In this document: positions 32,652-43,208 of the stretch, piece after piece
Position numbering within the stretch: position 1 is the stretch's first letter
Layout: every line of letters starts with the position of its first letter
Source of the DNA: an uncultured virus (IMG/VR IMGVR_UViG_3300033068_001295)
Lineage: Duplodnaviria > Heunggongvirae > Uroviricota > Caudoviricetes
Virus record (IMG/VR): IMGVR_UViG_3300033068_001295
Direction: 5' to 3' (one strand)
DNA: 64,000 nucleotides
Made by a program: the position numbers and the translations under genes
Notes under the pieces: model-generated
What the model saw: only the letters and a program-made list of their open reading frames with translations
Told to the model about the DNA's origin: nothing
Databases searched by the model: none

Positions 32652-32913
32652 AGTAATCGTTATGTCTTTCTTTTGGTCTTTGCATGTCAACAAATTTATT
32701 GACAATATTTGCTCCCGATAGTCCCGCTGTTAAAAACATGAAACTGTTAAATACATTATCTGCTGTGGGGTTATTCACTATGCCTGAAACATAACTAACT
32801 ATTAAATTAGTTATACCTAAAGAAATGGATAAGAAAAAAGAAACTCCGAATGTGAGTGCCTGTTTATCCCACTTCCCATTTTTCATTAAAGTGTCCCTAA
32901 ATATTTTCAGCAT
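32590..32913 (-). CDS. Putative holin
   Basis: Two hydrophobic segments; directly upstream of and overlapping the endolysin. Confidence 0.55.
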   Translation of the reverse strand: MLKIFRDTLMKNGKWDKQALTFGVSFFLSISLGITNLIVSYVSGIVNNPTADNVFNSFMFLTAGLSGANIVNKFVDMQRPKERHNDYYDQTGYTDNSEPIQHPYGQR

Positions 32914-32914
32914 C

Positions 32915-33352
32915 CTACACTGTATTTTTCAACTCGTCAATTTCTTTACGCATCCCCTTATTCTCTTGGTGTATTTTTTCGTAATCTGATTTTAATTTGT
33001 TGTGTTCTTTTTCTAACTTATTGTATTTTTCTTCATAGGTCTGTGCTCTTTCTTCTAAAAGTGCATTTCTAAGAAGTATTTCTCCATATTTCTTTTCCAA
33101 ATCTATTCGGGCATCTTCTAATCTTTCAATTCTGTTTACAAAATCTTGTGCGGAATTTGTATATAAATCTTTTATTAGAGTTGTAAGCTGTGCCTCTTCT
33201 TTTAGGATTTTTACCTCTTCTTGTCGCGCAATTGCAACTTCTTTTTTATCTTTTATCTTTTGAGAATTTCTCCCTAAAATAAAAGTCCCAACCGCTGTAC
33301 CTATAAAAACTGCCGAGCCTACTAATTCTTTCCAATGCTGTAGTATATCCAT
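32915..33352 (-). CDS. Membrane-anchored coiled-coil lysis protein
   Basis: N-terminal TM followed by a long heptad region; in the lysis cluster. Confidence 0.5.
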   Translation of the reverse strand: MDILQHWKELVGSAVFIGTAVGTFILGRNSQKIKDKKEVAIARQEEVKILKEEAQLTTLIKDLYTNSAQDFVNRIERLEDARIDLEKKYGEILLRNALLEERAQTYEEKYNKLEKEHNKLKSDYEKIHQENKGMRKEIDELKNTV

Positions 33353-33365
33353 TAATCTAAGTTTT

Positions 33366-33398
33366 AAAAAAGGGAGGAGTTTTAAATTTCCCCTCCCT
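33366..33398 (-). terminator. Intrinsic terminator after head genes
   Basis: agggagg/cctccct stem followed by T-run on the minus strand. Confidence 0.75.
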
Positions 33399-33423
33399 GC
33401 TTTTGATTAAAAAATATTTACTA

Positions 33424-35637
33424 CTATTCTGCGTTTAATTGTACCGTAGGTAAACCTACTTTGGCGGCAAGTTTATTTACAATGTCTTCGATGTTCTTCT
33501 CTCTTCCGAATTCGCACCAAATTGAATATTCCATTGTCATCTGACTCTGTCTTCCCATTCCTTGACTATATTTTTGGTCTAATAAGCTAATTGCATACTG
33601 TACATATTGCTTGTCAAATTTCAATACAGACTCTTCACCTAATACTGCTTTTGCAAACATGTTGTTTTGATGTCTAACTTCTCCATCGAAATAAGCATTT
33701 GATGCTGCTTCGTGACCTAACAAGTGATATCCTAAGTTATCTCTATCTTGTTTTCTTGACAAACGTTTAACATTAAAAATGCTTCCGAATGTTGGGTCGA
33801 ATGAGTTATTAACTTCTTCAACATATCCACCTGAAACTGAAATACCTGTTGATGTTTCATAGAAAGGAATCTCATCTCTTGATACATCTGTTGGTTTAAA
33901 GATGAAAGGTTTTCCTGTTAAAAGAATACCCATGATAGCATCATCATTTGTTGCTGTTGGTACTAACTCCCATTCTGTGAAATTATAAGCCTCTGGTGCA
34001 GTGGTAGTAAAACCTTGTAAGAAAATATCACTACATTCATCACACACTAAGTTTGTAACCACTTGTGTAGAGTAAACTCTTTGACATCCACCTGTTGTTG
34101 CGGTTGTTAAATAATTAATTGCTGCGATAGTCTCTGTTAAACCACCCGCTGTTGCTGTGATTGTTGGGAAACCTGTTGCTGAATCTGTAACCGTGATAAC
34201 AGCACCTGAACTTGTAACTACTGCTCCTGTGTCTGCTAAAATCGCTGCTGCATGTGCTGTAACAAACGCTGCCGCTGTAACAGTTGGGCTTGTGCTATAA
34301 GTTGTTGCGTAAGTTGTACCATTAATAACCAAAGATGCATCTCCTGAACTACCTGAAATTGTAATTGCTTGTGAAGCCTGTCCTGTTGGTACTCCTGCTT
34401 CAATTGTCAAACTTGGGTATGCCGCTTGCAATTCTGTTAAACGAGAACCATCGCAATCATCATCTTTCAATTGAATTTTGTAGTTTTCAACCGATGCGTA
34501 ACAAGACTCGCCTGCTACCCAAGAAGTTGAAGTAACTGTATCATCGTAACATACATCATTTACATCACCAAGTAAAGTAAACACTGCTGTTGATTGTGCT
34601 CCTGCTGTTGCTACATAAGTTGCAATTTCTGCATCTGTAAGTGCATCGTCTGTAACAACTGTGTAAGTACCTACTCCGCCATTTTGTCCAATTTTAGAAA
34701 CAGAGTCTGCTACAAATCCTGGTACGTTATCGATAGTGGTTGTTAAGTCTGCTCCGTCATCTTCAATTGTAATACTATAAACAAAACCTTGTGTGATTAA
34801 ATCGTATCCTGCGGCACAATCAGCACAATCTTTCAAATAAGTTGGAACTGTAGTTGTGTATGCAGATAAAGAAGATGTTGATGGATGTAAAATAGTATAC
34901 TCAGAAGTTAATCCATTTCTGTCTGTTCTTTGTACTTTGTAAGATGGGTATTGTGCTTGAACTAATCCTAATGCATTTGAAGTCCCATCGTCTGTCAAAG
35001 TCAAAGTTGAAAATGTGTAAGCCGTTCCTGCAAGAGGTAGGTTTTCACTATTTACAATTTTAATATCGATAAGTTCTGTAATCGGAACACCCATTGGAAG
35101 AGTTTGTTCTTGAAGGCGTTTTACAACACGTTTCATAACATCCTCATCATTTTCTCCTACCTCTTTTCCAAAATGGATTTTAATAGTTTGAGAACATTCT
35201 CCTGTTACAAATCCTACGTGGTCTCCTGTTAAAGTGATGTCCATAACAGTTGTTTGTCCCTCGTCCAAAGCAATACCTGTTGAATCTGTAATACCATCAA
35301 AACCTACCAATAAAGAGTCAAAGGTTTGTTTTGTAAATTTAGGAAAATTAGCTCTAATATCTACAACATCTTTTAGTGTAAATGTTTGCGAACTAAACGG
35401 TTTTGAATTTGCAGCGGTTCTTGTGTTTGGAATGTTGTGTTTTCCTAAACGCATTTCTAATACTGCTTGTGCAGGAAGTCCTGCAAAGTCTCCTACAACA
35501 ACTGCACCATTCACTCCTGCTTTATCTGAGCGTACTATAGTGAATTGTCCTTTTGCTAATCTTTTTGCTCCACCACTTGTCAAAACGTTTCCGTCAAGAG
35601 TAAAAAAGTGTTTGGAGATAGCTCTGTGTAATCCCAT
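33424..35637 (-). CDS. Structural protein (auxiliary capsid/head), 737 aa
   Basis: Thr/Ala-rich; third gene after MCP; followed by a terminator. Confidence 0.55.
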   Translation of the reverse strand: MGLHRAISKHFFTLDGNVLTSGGAKRLAKGQFTIVRSDKAGVNGAVVVGDFAGLPAQAVLEMRLGKHNIPNTRTAANSKPFSSQTFTLKDVVDIRANFPKFTKQTFDSLLVGFDGITDSTGIALDEGQTTVMDITLTGDHVGFVTGECSQTIKIHFGKEVGENDEDVMKRVVKRLQEQTLPMGVPITELIDIKIVNSENLPLAGTAYTFSTLTLTDDGTSNALGLVQAQYPSYKVQRTDRNGLTSEYTILHPSTSSLSAYTTTVPTYLKDCADCAAGYDLITQGFVYSITIEDDGADLTTTIDNVPGFVADSVSKIGQNGGVGTYTVVTDDALTDAEIATYVATAGAQSTAVFTLLGDVNDVCYDDTVTSTSWVAGESCYASVENYKIQLKDDDCDGSRLTELQAAYPSLTIEAGVPTGQASQAITISGSSGDASLVINGTTYATTYSTSPTVTAAAFVTAHAAAILADTGAVVTSSGAVITVTDSATGFPTITATAGGLTETIAAINYLTTATTGGCQRVYSTQVVTNLVCDECSDIFLQGFTTTAPEAYNFTEWELVPTATNDDAIMGILLTGKPFIFKPTDVSRDEIPFYETSTGISVSGGYVEEVNNSFDPTFGSIFNVKRLSRKQDRDNLGYHLLGHEAASNAYFDGEVRHQNNMFAKAVLGEESVLKFDKQYVQYAISLLDQKYSQGMGRQSQMTMEYSIWCEFGREKNIEDIVNKLAAKVGLPTVQLNAE

Positions 35638-35660
35638 TGTTTTTTATTTTTAATTTAAAG

Positions 35661-36326
35661 TTATTTTTGTTGTCTTATTTTTTGTAGTTGAAATCGTGGA
35701 TTGTTTTCATTTATGTCAAACTCTCCCGCGCAAATAGAGATTATTCTGTCTAATGCTTTATCGTCCCACTCTATTTTTATTGTTTCATTAAATTTAGATT
35801 CTGGGTCAAACTCATTTATTAACGACATTTGATTTGGATAACGGTAGTAGTTTAAGAAAATAGCATCAACAGAAAAAGTATTATCTGTATATATGGAAAT
35901 GCTATTTGAGTTCACCAAGAACGGTGCTTCTCTCCACTCGAAAGATGGTTTATCATATTGGTCATTTAAAACTGAATTTAAGTTTTCAGCTTGTATTTCC
36001 CAAAGCTCTAACATCTTTTCTTTACAACTTCTTTTTGATGCTGTAGCTCTTACATCTGCTATGTCAAGGATATCATCAGGAAGTAAAAAATCAAAGTGGT
36101 CTTTTTTATTTACAGCACCTACTATTCTTTTATCTAGTACTAATAAGTGCTGTATATATCTTATGTCATCGACACCTCTTTGTTGTAAGTGTTCTTCTGC
36201 AAACTTATTTTGACTTTCATTGTATATTAAAGCAAAACTTCCTCTGCTCGTTGATGTATTATCATTAGTTACGTTTTTTTCAACTTTTTGTAAGTATTTT
36301 TCGTAAACTTTTTCTGATGTGGTCAT
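35661..36326 (-). CDS. Head-tail ring/adaptor-like protein
   Basis: KPSFEWRE and LNYYRYP motifs; synteny with the crAss-like post-MCP block. Confidence 0.5.
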   Translation of the reverse strand: MTTSEKVYEKYLQKVEKNVTNDNTSTSRGSFALIYNESQNKFAEEHLQQRGVDDIRYIQHLLVLDKRIVGAVNKKDHFDFLLPDDILDIADVRATASKRSCKEKMLELWEIQAENLNSVLNDQYDKPSFEWREAPFLVNSNSISIYTDNTFSVDAIFLNYYRYPNQMSLINEFDPESKFNETIKIEWDDKALDRIISICAGEFDINENNPRFQLQKIRQQK

Positions 36327-36333
36327 TCAACTT

Positions 36334-37359
36334 TTATTTTAAACAATATTTTTCGTAATTCTCAGTTATTAAATCCTTAATTTCAGGGTTTAAAATTGCA
36401 TTTTCAGCCGCGCCTTTTAAGTGATTTCCAAGAAGTGTATTATCTAAATAATATTGTTGTCTTTTCCATTCTAGTTTCTGTTTGATGTGCAACTTAGTTA
36501 ACATAGAAAATATATCCATCTTATCTTTTGTTGCAGGATTTTTTGTCATTTCAAATGCCTCTAAAAATCTTTTAGCATTATCATATCCTGTTTTTTCGCT
36601 TTCAAACAATTTCATCACACTTCTCTTAAGTGTTTCTTTATCTGACTCTCTTACTTGTGAAACTTGCATCCATTCTAAAATGCAATATAATGTATCGTCT
36701 TTTTCAGGGTCTAAAGTAGCAAATAAAGTAGAAAATGTTGCAATGGCATCAAACTTATTAGCTTGTTTTTCCTCTTGTAATGAAATGATTTTTTCTCTAT
36801 TTCTTACGCAGTATTTTGCAGTTCTTTGTAGCATTGGGTCTTTTTCTCTAATCTCACAAATTTTTCCTTGTTTTAAAGCGTGAAATAAATCAAAAAGTTC
36901 GTCTGGTCTTGAAGTATCAAACTTTCTTCCTGTATAAACCTTGTACATATAAGGTCGGATTCCTAATGAATCATTTCCGCCCCAAAAATCATTGTTTGTG
37001 GCATCTACCTTAATTTGATAATAATCTTCGTAAGGCTGTTTAATGTGCTTATTATAAGCTAAAAGTAATGATGCTTTATCTGCTTTAGACATTGTGAAGT
37101 TACATGGAGATGCATCTTCAAATCCTGTGTCCCATCTTCTTGTACCATCTTCATCAAAGGGAATTGAATGAATCTCTCCAATACCTTCCATTAATAATTT
37201 TGTAGTGTTGAATGTTTGAAAGCCATCTGGTGCATCTCTATCCAATTTCCCTACAATTTCATAAGTACTTCCTATGATAATATCTGTGTTTGCTACTCTA
37301 ATTGTTGTCTGCGAGTTAGCTACAGTTTTTCTTTTTGTTGTCGTTTTGGTTTCTGACAT
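36334..37359 (-). CDS. Structural protein following MCP
   Basis: Synteny; NNDFW motif. Confidence 0.5.
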   Translation of the reverse strand: MSETKTTTKRKTVANSQTTIRVANTDIIIGSTYEIVGKLDRDAPDGFQTFNTTKLLMEGIGEIHSIPFDEDGTRRWDTGFEDASPCNFTMSKADKASLLLAYNKHIKQPYEDYYQIKVDATNNDFWGGNDSLGIRPYMYKVYTGRKFDTSRPDELFDLFHALKQGKICEIREKDPMLQRTAKYCVRNREKIISLQEEKQANKFDAIATFSTLFATLDPEKDDTLYCILEWMQVSQVRESDKETLKRSVMKLFESEKTGYDNAKRFLEAFEMTKNPATKDKMDIFSMLTKLHIKQKLEWKRQQYYLDNTLLGNHLKGAAENAILNPEIKDLITENYEKYCLK

Positions 37360-37389
37360 TTTTCTGTATTTCTTTTTTGTAAGTTTTAC

Positions 37390-37416
37390 CCCCTTACAGA
37401 ATTATCTAATAAGGGG
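37390..37416 (-). promoter_or_regulatory. Stem-loop after MCP (mRNA stabiliser or attenuator)
   Basis: cccctta/taagggg inverted repeat without a clear T-run. Confidence 0.45.
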
Positions 37417-37431
37417 ATATATACTTAATTA

Positions 37432-39111
37432 TTATTTGTACCCTTTTCTTGCGCTTTGCTCAAGTTCTATTCTTACAAATTTACTTGGGTCTTTTAAAAA
37501 TAAGGCTCCGAACCCGTAGATAAAGAATGAACTATGCATTGTTTTAGCTGATGCAATGATGTCTGTAGCTTTATCAACAGAGTATCTACCATTTTCACGA
37601 CCCCAATAAATTTTGTCTGTTTTTGGTGTGACTAAGTAGATATTTGCCTCATTGTTATTTCCAACTCGCTCAGTACCTTTAGGCATATCTTGATTGTTAG
37701 AATACATTTGGTCAGCGGCATCCCATATAATCATACTATATGTAGTATAATCTTGTCCATTAGGATTCATTCCTCTCAAATTCTTATCTGTGATATTCAC
37801 ATGATTCAAAGACATATCTTCTTCTAATTCAACCATTCCGATTCCTGGTAAGTTAACCGTAGTAAAACGAATAGGTTTTAATGCTAAATTGTAAAGGTCT
37901 CCTGTAACAGGGTTGTCAATCAATCTATCTGCTCCTAGTAACGCAGCAATGTTTGTCAATTGTTGATTTACTTCGTCTTTAAAAATAGCAAAGACATTAT
38001 TAAATGCTTCTGAACCACATTTAAAACGGATTCTTGAGTCAATTGTGTTTTTTAATGGGTTTGCTTTGAATACATAGTCACGAGCTTGTTTGATATGCTC
38101 ACGAGTGATTCCACCACGTCTTCCATAAGTGATTACAAAACCTCTGCTCATTTGATGCCAAAGTCCTTCGTTATATCTTACAGTTCCTTTTTGTGTTTTG
38201 ATTGTAGCTCCTCTTTGGAACATCAAACTTGTAGACATGTTTCTATTAAATTTTTGAATAGCTAACATTTCTAAAATAGACCCTACTGTATATTTGTGCG
38301 TGGCATTTGGAGTTTTATCTTGCATTAAGACAACTTCATTACCTTTTTTATAGAACATCTCAATCTCTTTGATGTAATCCATAGTTGCAGTAGCACCCCA
38401 TTTTAAATCAACTGAGTTAGCTTTTCCTGTAAAGGTTGTTTCAACCCCTTGAGGTGAGCCTAGTTGGAATTCACATGTCATATATTGTGTTCCACCTGGC
38501 ATGTGAACTAAATTTAGCTTTTCACCATATTCAGGTATACCACCACCTGTTTCAAAATACTCAATATCTTTTTGCAATAAAAAGTTTGGATAAGTTTTGT
38601 CTGGGTCATTTGTTACGATAACTACAGTGTGTTCAAAACCATATCCTAAATCTCTTACAGGTTCAGAATCAGAAACAGCAATTGCCTCTCCGTCCATACC
38701 ATCTGCGGTTAATGTAGTATTTGGCGCAAACTCTCTGTTCAATACAATTTTAAATGTTGTTCCGTCAGCCCCTGGTAAAATTTGGTCTGATGTATCATCT
38801 GCTGTTTTTAATCTGTTATCTGTTTCCACAGGTAGGTCATAAGTAAACTTACTATCCCATCCGTTCAATTCAAGAATAGCGTCGTTTTGAAGCACGTCTT
38901 GAAATAAAGGTACAGAGCTAATAGATTGTTGCCCAAAGAACGACTGTAATTTTAAGTGGTTCTTTAATGGGTCTTGCATATACCATGTATTCAGTGTTCC
39001 GAAATCTTGGTATCCTTGCTGATTAACTAATGACTGCGCCATAGAAGCCGTAGTGGCTTTAATAACTACATCACCGTTTCTTGTTGGTACGTTGTTTGAA
39101 TAAAAACTCAT
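37432..39111 (-). CDS. Major capsid protein
   Basis: 559 aa, two genes after portal; NEGLWHQM motif; followed by a stem-loop. Confidence 0.75.
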   Translation of the reverse strand: MSFYSNNVPTRNGDVVIKATTASMAQSLVNQQGYQDFGTLNTWYMQDPLKNHLKLQSFFGQQSISSVPLFQDVLQNDAILELNGWDSKFTYDLPVETDNRLKTADDTSDQILPGADGTTFKIVLNREFAPNTTLTADGMDGEAIAVSDSEPVRDLGYGFEHTVVIVTNDPDKTYPNFLLQKDIEYFETGGGIPEYGEKLNLVHMPGGTQYMTCEFQLGSPQGVETTFTGKANSVDLKWGATATMDYIKEIEMFYKKGNEVVLMQDKTPNATHKYTVGSILEMLAIQKFNRNMSTSLMFQRGATIKTQKGTVRYNEGLWHQMSRGFVITYGRRGGITREHIKQARDYVFKANPLKNTIDSRIRFKCGSEAFNNVFAIFKDEVNQQLTNIAALLGADRLIDNPVTGDLYNLALKPIRFTTVNLPGIGMVELEEDMSLNHVNITDKNLRGMNPNGQDYTTYSMIIWDAADQMYSNNQDMPKGTERVGNNNEANIYLVTPKTDKIYWGRENGRYSVDKATDIIASAKTMHSSFFIYGFGALFLKDPSKFVRIELEQSARKGYK

Positions 39112-39135
39112 TTGTTATTTTAATGTTAATGTTTG

Positions 39136-40218
39136 TTATTTTTCTTGAAAAAATTCTTTAAGTTTATCCTCTCCACCTCTTACTTCTTTTGAAGTAGCTG
39201 TTCTAGGTGTCAATGTGATTACTTTTCTAACTTGCTCACTTGTGACTTTATTTTTAACTTTAACGCCTTGAAACTCGTTAAAACCTTCTTCATCTAAAAT
39301 GTGAAAAGCTATTCTTGCAAATTTTTCGGGGTCTTTTTTTAGTTCAAAAAATACCTTATCTACATTTGCTAATCCATATTCATCAAACTTAGCTGTGTTT
39401 TCTACTAGGCTTTTAACTAGTGACTCTTTTAAGTTTAAATCTTTATACGCGGAAGATATAGATTTTTGAAATACCTTCTGTTCCGCTATTTGTTTTTCTA
39501 CTGCTTCTGTTCTTTCTTGTAGTTTTGACTCGACTACTTTATCAAAATTTGAATTTACTTCCTCTGCAATTTTTAATGCTTCCGAATCTAATGTTAAATT
39601 CTCTTTTAATTCTGCAATCTCTAATTCAATGTGGTTTGGTTTCCACCCTAAAGATTGATATTTTTGTCTTACTAAATACTCTTGTACTTCTTGACTATCT
39701 AAATCTAAGTTTTTAATTGGGTTGACAAACTCTGCATCCATTTGAATTAATTCTGAGATGTCACCACCTTTTTTCTTTAATTCAATAAGTTTTTTTGTCG
39801 TTTCATCAACTCCCTCAGCATCTATATATTTTGAAGCAAACTCTTCTTTTTGTTCCTTTTTTTGAGCTTCATCTAATTGCTCAAATAATTCAGGTGTAAT
39901 TTCTAATTCTGAAATAGGTACTGTTTTCTTTTCCCCATTCTCTTCAATCTCTACGTCTAAGTCTTTCCAATATCCTTTTTCAATTAAAAACTTTGCTTGG
40001 TCAATATATTGATTGGTTTTTACTTGTTGTACAGGAGCAGGTGTCGGTATAACTACTTTTTCTGGCTCTTGTATTGCAGGTGGCTCTTCTCCGAAAAATT
40101 CTGCTATTGGTAATTCTACTTTTGGTGCTTCTTGTTCTAAAGCGGATTCAGGGTTATTAAAAAAGTCTTGTAATGCGTCTCCTGATAATACTGCGGTTTG
40201 GTTTTGGTTGTTTTCCAT
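39136..40218 (-). CDS. Acidic coiled-coil scaffold-like protein
   Basis: Between portal and MCP; E/K-rich; TAAATTTG at 40230-40237 upstream. Confidence 0.55.
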   Translation of the reverse strand: MENNQNQTAVLSGDALQDFFNNPESALEQEAPKVELPIAEFFGEEPPAIQEPEKVVIPTPAPVQQVKTNQYIDQAKFLIEKGYWKDLDVEIEENGEKKTVPISELEITPELFEQLDEAQKKEQKEEFASKYIDAEGVDETTKKLIELKKKGGDISELIQMDAEFVNPIKNLDLDSQEVQEYLVRQKYQSLGWKPNHIELEIAELKENLTLDSEALKIAEEVNSNFDKVVESKLQERTEAVEKQIAEQKVFQKSISSAYKDLNLKESLVKSLVENTAKFDEYGLANVDKVFFELKKDPEKFARIAFHILDEEGFNEFQGVKVKNKVTSEQVRKVITLTPRTATSKEVRGGEDKLKEFFQEK

Positions 40219-40322
40219 TTTCTTCTGTGCAAATTTATACTATTGTTTTTACTTTTCAAAAAGTGTTAAATTCACAGATAACTCATAAGTATTTTTCTTT
40301 ATTAATAAATACTTTTCTTTAT

Positions 40323-43142
40323 TTAGTTTTTATTTACTAAGGCTATCTGTTTTTGTGTCTCTATTTTTTTTGCTTCTAATTTTAATTTCTCTGCGGCAAG
40401 TGCTAGTTTTCTAAGTTCTATCTTATTTTGCTCTACACTATTATTCTGTTTTATTAAGCTATCATTTTCTTTTATTCCTATCTGTTTTGCGGAAAATTCA
40501 TTTTCTAACTCTTGTTGCGCTTGCTCTATTCTATTAAATCCTTCAGCATCAGACTTCTTATCTGAGGCTCTTCCTAAAGCATTTATGTAAGCTTCGTTTC
40601 TGTCGCCCTTTATTTTAAGCGTAGTTATATTTACTTCATGGTCTCTTTCTGCCTGTTGTTGTTTTTCGTTGGCTTGAATTTGTTTATCTACTTGTTGTCC
40701 TTCAAAATCTCTTTGTTCTTGAAGTTGTGCTTTTGATTTAACTTCCATTTGTTTGGTTAAATCTTTTATCTCAGCCAAGACAGGGTTAGTTAGGATGGCT
40801 ATAACATCATCATAACTTCTTTGAATGGTGTTATCATTTAAAACAAATTGTCTAATGTCTTGAATTATTTTTCTGTCGTTAGAGTTTGTTTCAGGAACTA
40901 CTCCTAATCTTCTAAGTGGAAATAATTCTGGGTCTTCAGCTAGTATGTTTAAAAATGATAAGTCCCCATCTGATTTTCTTACAAGTGTTGTAGAATCTTT
41001 TCCATTAACTTCACAATACTGTGCAATAGCTAGATGTACTTCCATACCTCTTGCCTTAGCTGTGTTCATTTTGTCAAAAAGGTGATTTATTAAATATCCT
41101 TTAGCTTCTGCTCCTTGTTTTACACCTTCCGCGGTTTCATAAGTAGTTGCTTGCCCTAACGTTTGAGGTGTTATTCCTATTTGAGATAGTGCCTCTTGTT
41201 TATATTGCTGTGCTAGTTGCCATCTGTATTGTACTTGTGTGGCATAAACAATTTCTTGTCTTTGAAATACATTTGGTGAGTTTCCTTGTGTATTTTGTCG
41301 CGATAAATCAAGTCCTAATAATCCTGTATCTTTTATATCTTCGCGGATTCTAAATAAAGACTCAATTGTAGTTTCATCTTGGTATTCAGATGGAAGCCCT
41401 GTAATATCAAATGTAAAAAATACTCCTAGTTCTTTCTCTAATAGCTCGGTAATTTGATTCATACAGATGTTATGCAACTGTTGATATGGAGCTATCTTTG
41501 AAGCAATTCCTATATCAATAATTCCAACTACGGGTAGTTTGATATCATATATATTAGAATCTTCACCTTTGATTTGGTATTCTAAAGGTTGTACATCTAA
41601 GTATAAGTCTTTTTTAAGTGTAGACCCATTACCTTTTATTTTTATAAATTTCCATGCTTCGGGAGCATAAAGATAGGTTATAGTGTTATTGTATTCAAAT
41701 AAGTTTTCTTCTTTTAACGCCTTTTGTAATTCATTTAAAGATACGTCTCTAGGATTTTTAATTTCATTATCCTCTAAGAAATCTTTTAATAAATCATCTG
41801 TAACTAATTCAACAGAAGTTGAACCAGACTTGTTTTCAAATATTAAAACCGCCATTCTTTTATAGCCTCTCCAATATCCCTCTGTTACGCGTACAGTGTC
41901 TCTTCTTACTTCAATATCGTCTCTGAGTAATTCTGAAAACGTGTTGGCGTAAAAATCTGTTTCTGTTGAATACCTTGGTAAGTATGTTGGTGTTGCAATT
42001 GGAGAACCGTCTGCACTCATTTCAGTTCTGAGTCCTAATGGTGTTCCTAAAGCCTCTTCTAGTTGAACATTGGCTTGGTGGTCATAATAATTATTAAATG
42101 GTGTTACAGTGGGTGTTGGAAATATTTCTGATTTTGCATCTGGAACTTGTGCTCCATTAATTTCCGTATAGTTTTTGGTTTGATTCCAATAGTTTCCTAC
42201 GGCTTCCTGCTCTTTCTGTGTCATTAAATGCCCAAATCTGTTAAGCATTGATGAGATTGACATTGAAGTAATTCTACCTACATATTCTCCGTTTTGTGGA
42301 TATTTAGCGTCTACGTCTTGACTAAAAAATGTTTCTTCTGGCATCCATCTTTCAACAGAATAAGAGTCATATCCAACTCTAAAATGTCTAAAATATCTAC
42401 CTGTAAGTAAAAAGTCTACAAACTCTTCTCTTTCTAAGTCCGCTAAATAAAATCTTTTTTTGTCAGCAGTTAATACATTTTGAGCCCACTCTGTTGCTAA
42501 AACTTTAAAGTTTTTTGAAAGGTTTGCTTCAATCTCACTTGGAGTTAAAGCCTTAGTTTGATTTTGTATTTCTTGTTTATAAGCATCTGCCTCTTCTTGA
42601 CTTTGAAAATCAGATTTATTAACATCTATTCCTCGCTGTAAAAGTAATTTGTTTACCTCTGCTATAAATGTTTGTTGAGCATATTTATGAAGCATTTCTG
42701 TCTTCTGTCTGATATACTCGTTAGTTGAATATTCATCAATAGATTCCACTCTGTATTTATCATCTAATTGACCATAAATACCTGATAATGCATTTACAAT
42801 AATACCTATAAAATCAAAATGCTTTATATAAGTGGGGATGTTTTGAGTATCTCTTAGACTTCTGATTTTTTCATCAAACCACGGCATGTCAAAGTCTTCA
42901 TTGTCAGACACACCAGTGCCAGAATAAGTAAAAATTCCGCTCTGCATCTTTCGATAAGCATTAAACTTTATATTCTTATATAGTTGTTTAATACCATTAC
43001 GTTCAATAGCGTCTACTGTTGCTTTCTTCCATGCTACAGTTTTTTTAGAATTAGGAAGTGCTTGTATTGGAATAGTGTTAGTGTTTTCTCCTGACGCTAG
43101 TCCATCTAAAGCTGTAAAATCGTGTTCTATCTTATTACTCAT
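40323..43142 (-). CDS. Portal protein (intact copy)
   Basis: IKHFDFIGIIVNALSG, GITPQTLGQ and long C-terminal coiled coil; lies between terminase and MCP; probable start MSNKIE at 43142. Confidence 0.85.
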   Translation of the reverse strand: MSNKIEHDFTALDGLASGENTNTIPIQALPNSKKTVAWKKATVDAIERNGIKQLYKNIKFNAYRKMQSGIFTYSGTGVSDNEDFDMPWFDEKIRSLRDTQNIPTYIKHFDFIGIIVNALSGIYGQLDDKYRVESIDEYSTNEYIRQKTEMLHKYAQQTFIAEVNKLLLQRGIDVNKSDFQSQEEADAYKQEIQNQTKALTPSEIEANLSKNFKVLATEWAQNVLTADKKRFYLADLEREEFVDFLLTGRYFRHFRVGYDSYSVERWMPEETFFSQDVDAKYPQNGEYVGRITSMSISSMLNRFGHLMTQKEQEAVGNYWNQTKNYTEINGAQVPDAKSEIFPTPTVTPFNNYYDHQANVQLEEALGTPLGLRTEMSADGSPIATPTYLPRYSTETDFYANTFSELLRDDIEVRRDTVRVTEGYWRGYKRMAVLIFENKSGSTSVELVTDDLLKDFLEDNEIKNPRDVSLNELQKALKEENLFEYNNTITYLYAPEAWKFIKIKGNGSTLKKDLYLDVQPLEYQIKGEDSNIYDIKLPVVGIIDIGIASKIAPYQQLHNICMNQITELLEKELGVFFTFDITGLPSEYQDETTIESLFRIREDIKDTGLLGLDLSRQNTQGNSPNVFQRQEIVYATQVQYRWQLAQQYKQEALSQIGITPQTLGQATTYETAEGVKQGAEAKGYLINHLFDKMNTAKARGMEVHLAIAQYCEVNGKDSTTLVRKSDGDLSFLNILAEDPELFPLRRLGVVPETNSNDRKIIQDIRQFVLNDNTIQRSYDDVIAILTNPVLAEIKDLTKQMEVKSKAQLQEQRDFEGQQVDKQIQANEKQQQAERDHEVNITTLKIKGDRNEAYINALGRASDKKSDAEGFNRIEQAQQELENEFSAKQIGIKENDSLIKQNNSVEQNKIELRKLALAAEKLKLEAKKIETQKQIALVNKN

Positions 43143-43160
43143 GCAGTAAATCTTAATCCG

Positions 43161-43168
43161 CAAAAGTA
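43161..43168 (-). promoter_or_regulatory. TACTTTTG -7 element upstream of portal (duplicated at 45975-45982)
   Basis: TAnnTTTG match about 20 nt before the ATG. Confidence 0.55.
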
Positions 43169-43208
43169 CAATTAAAGAATAACTTTACAAAAAGTATAAA
43201 ATTGTATA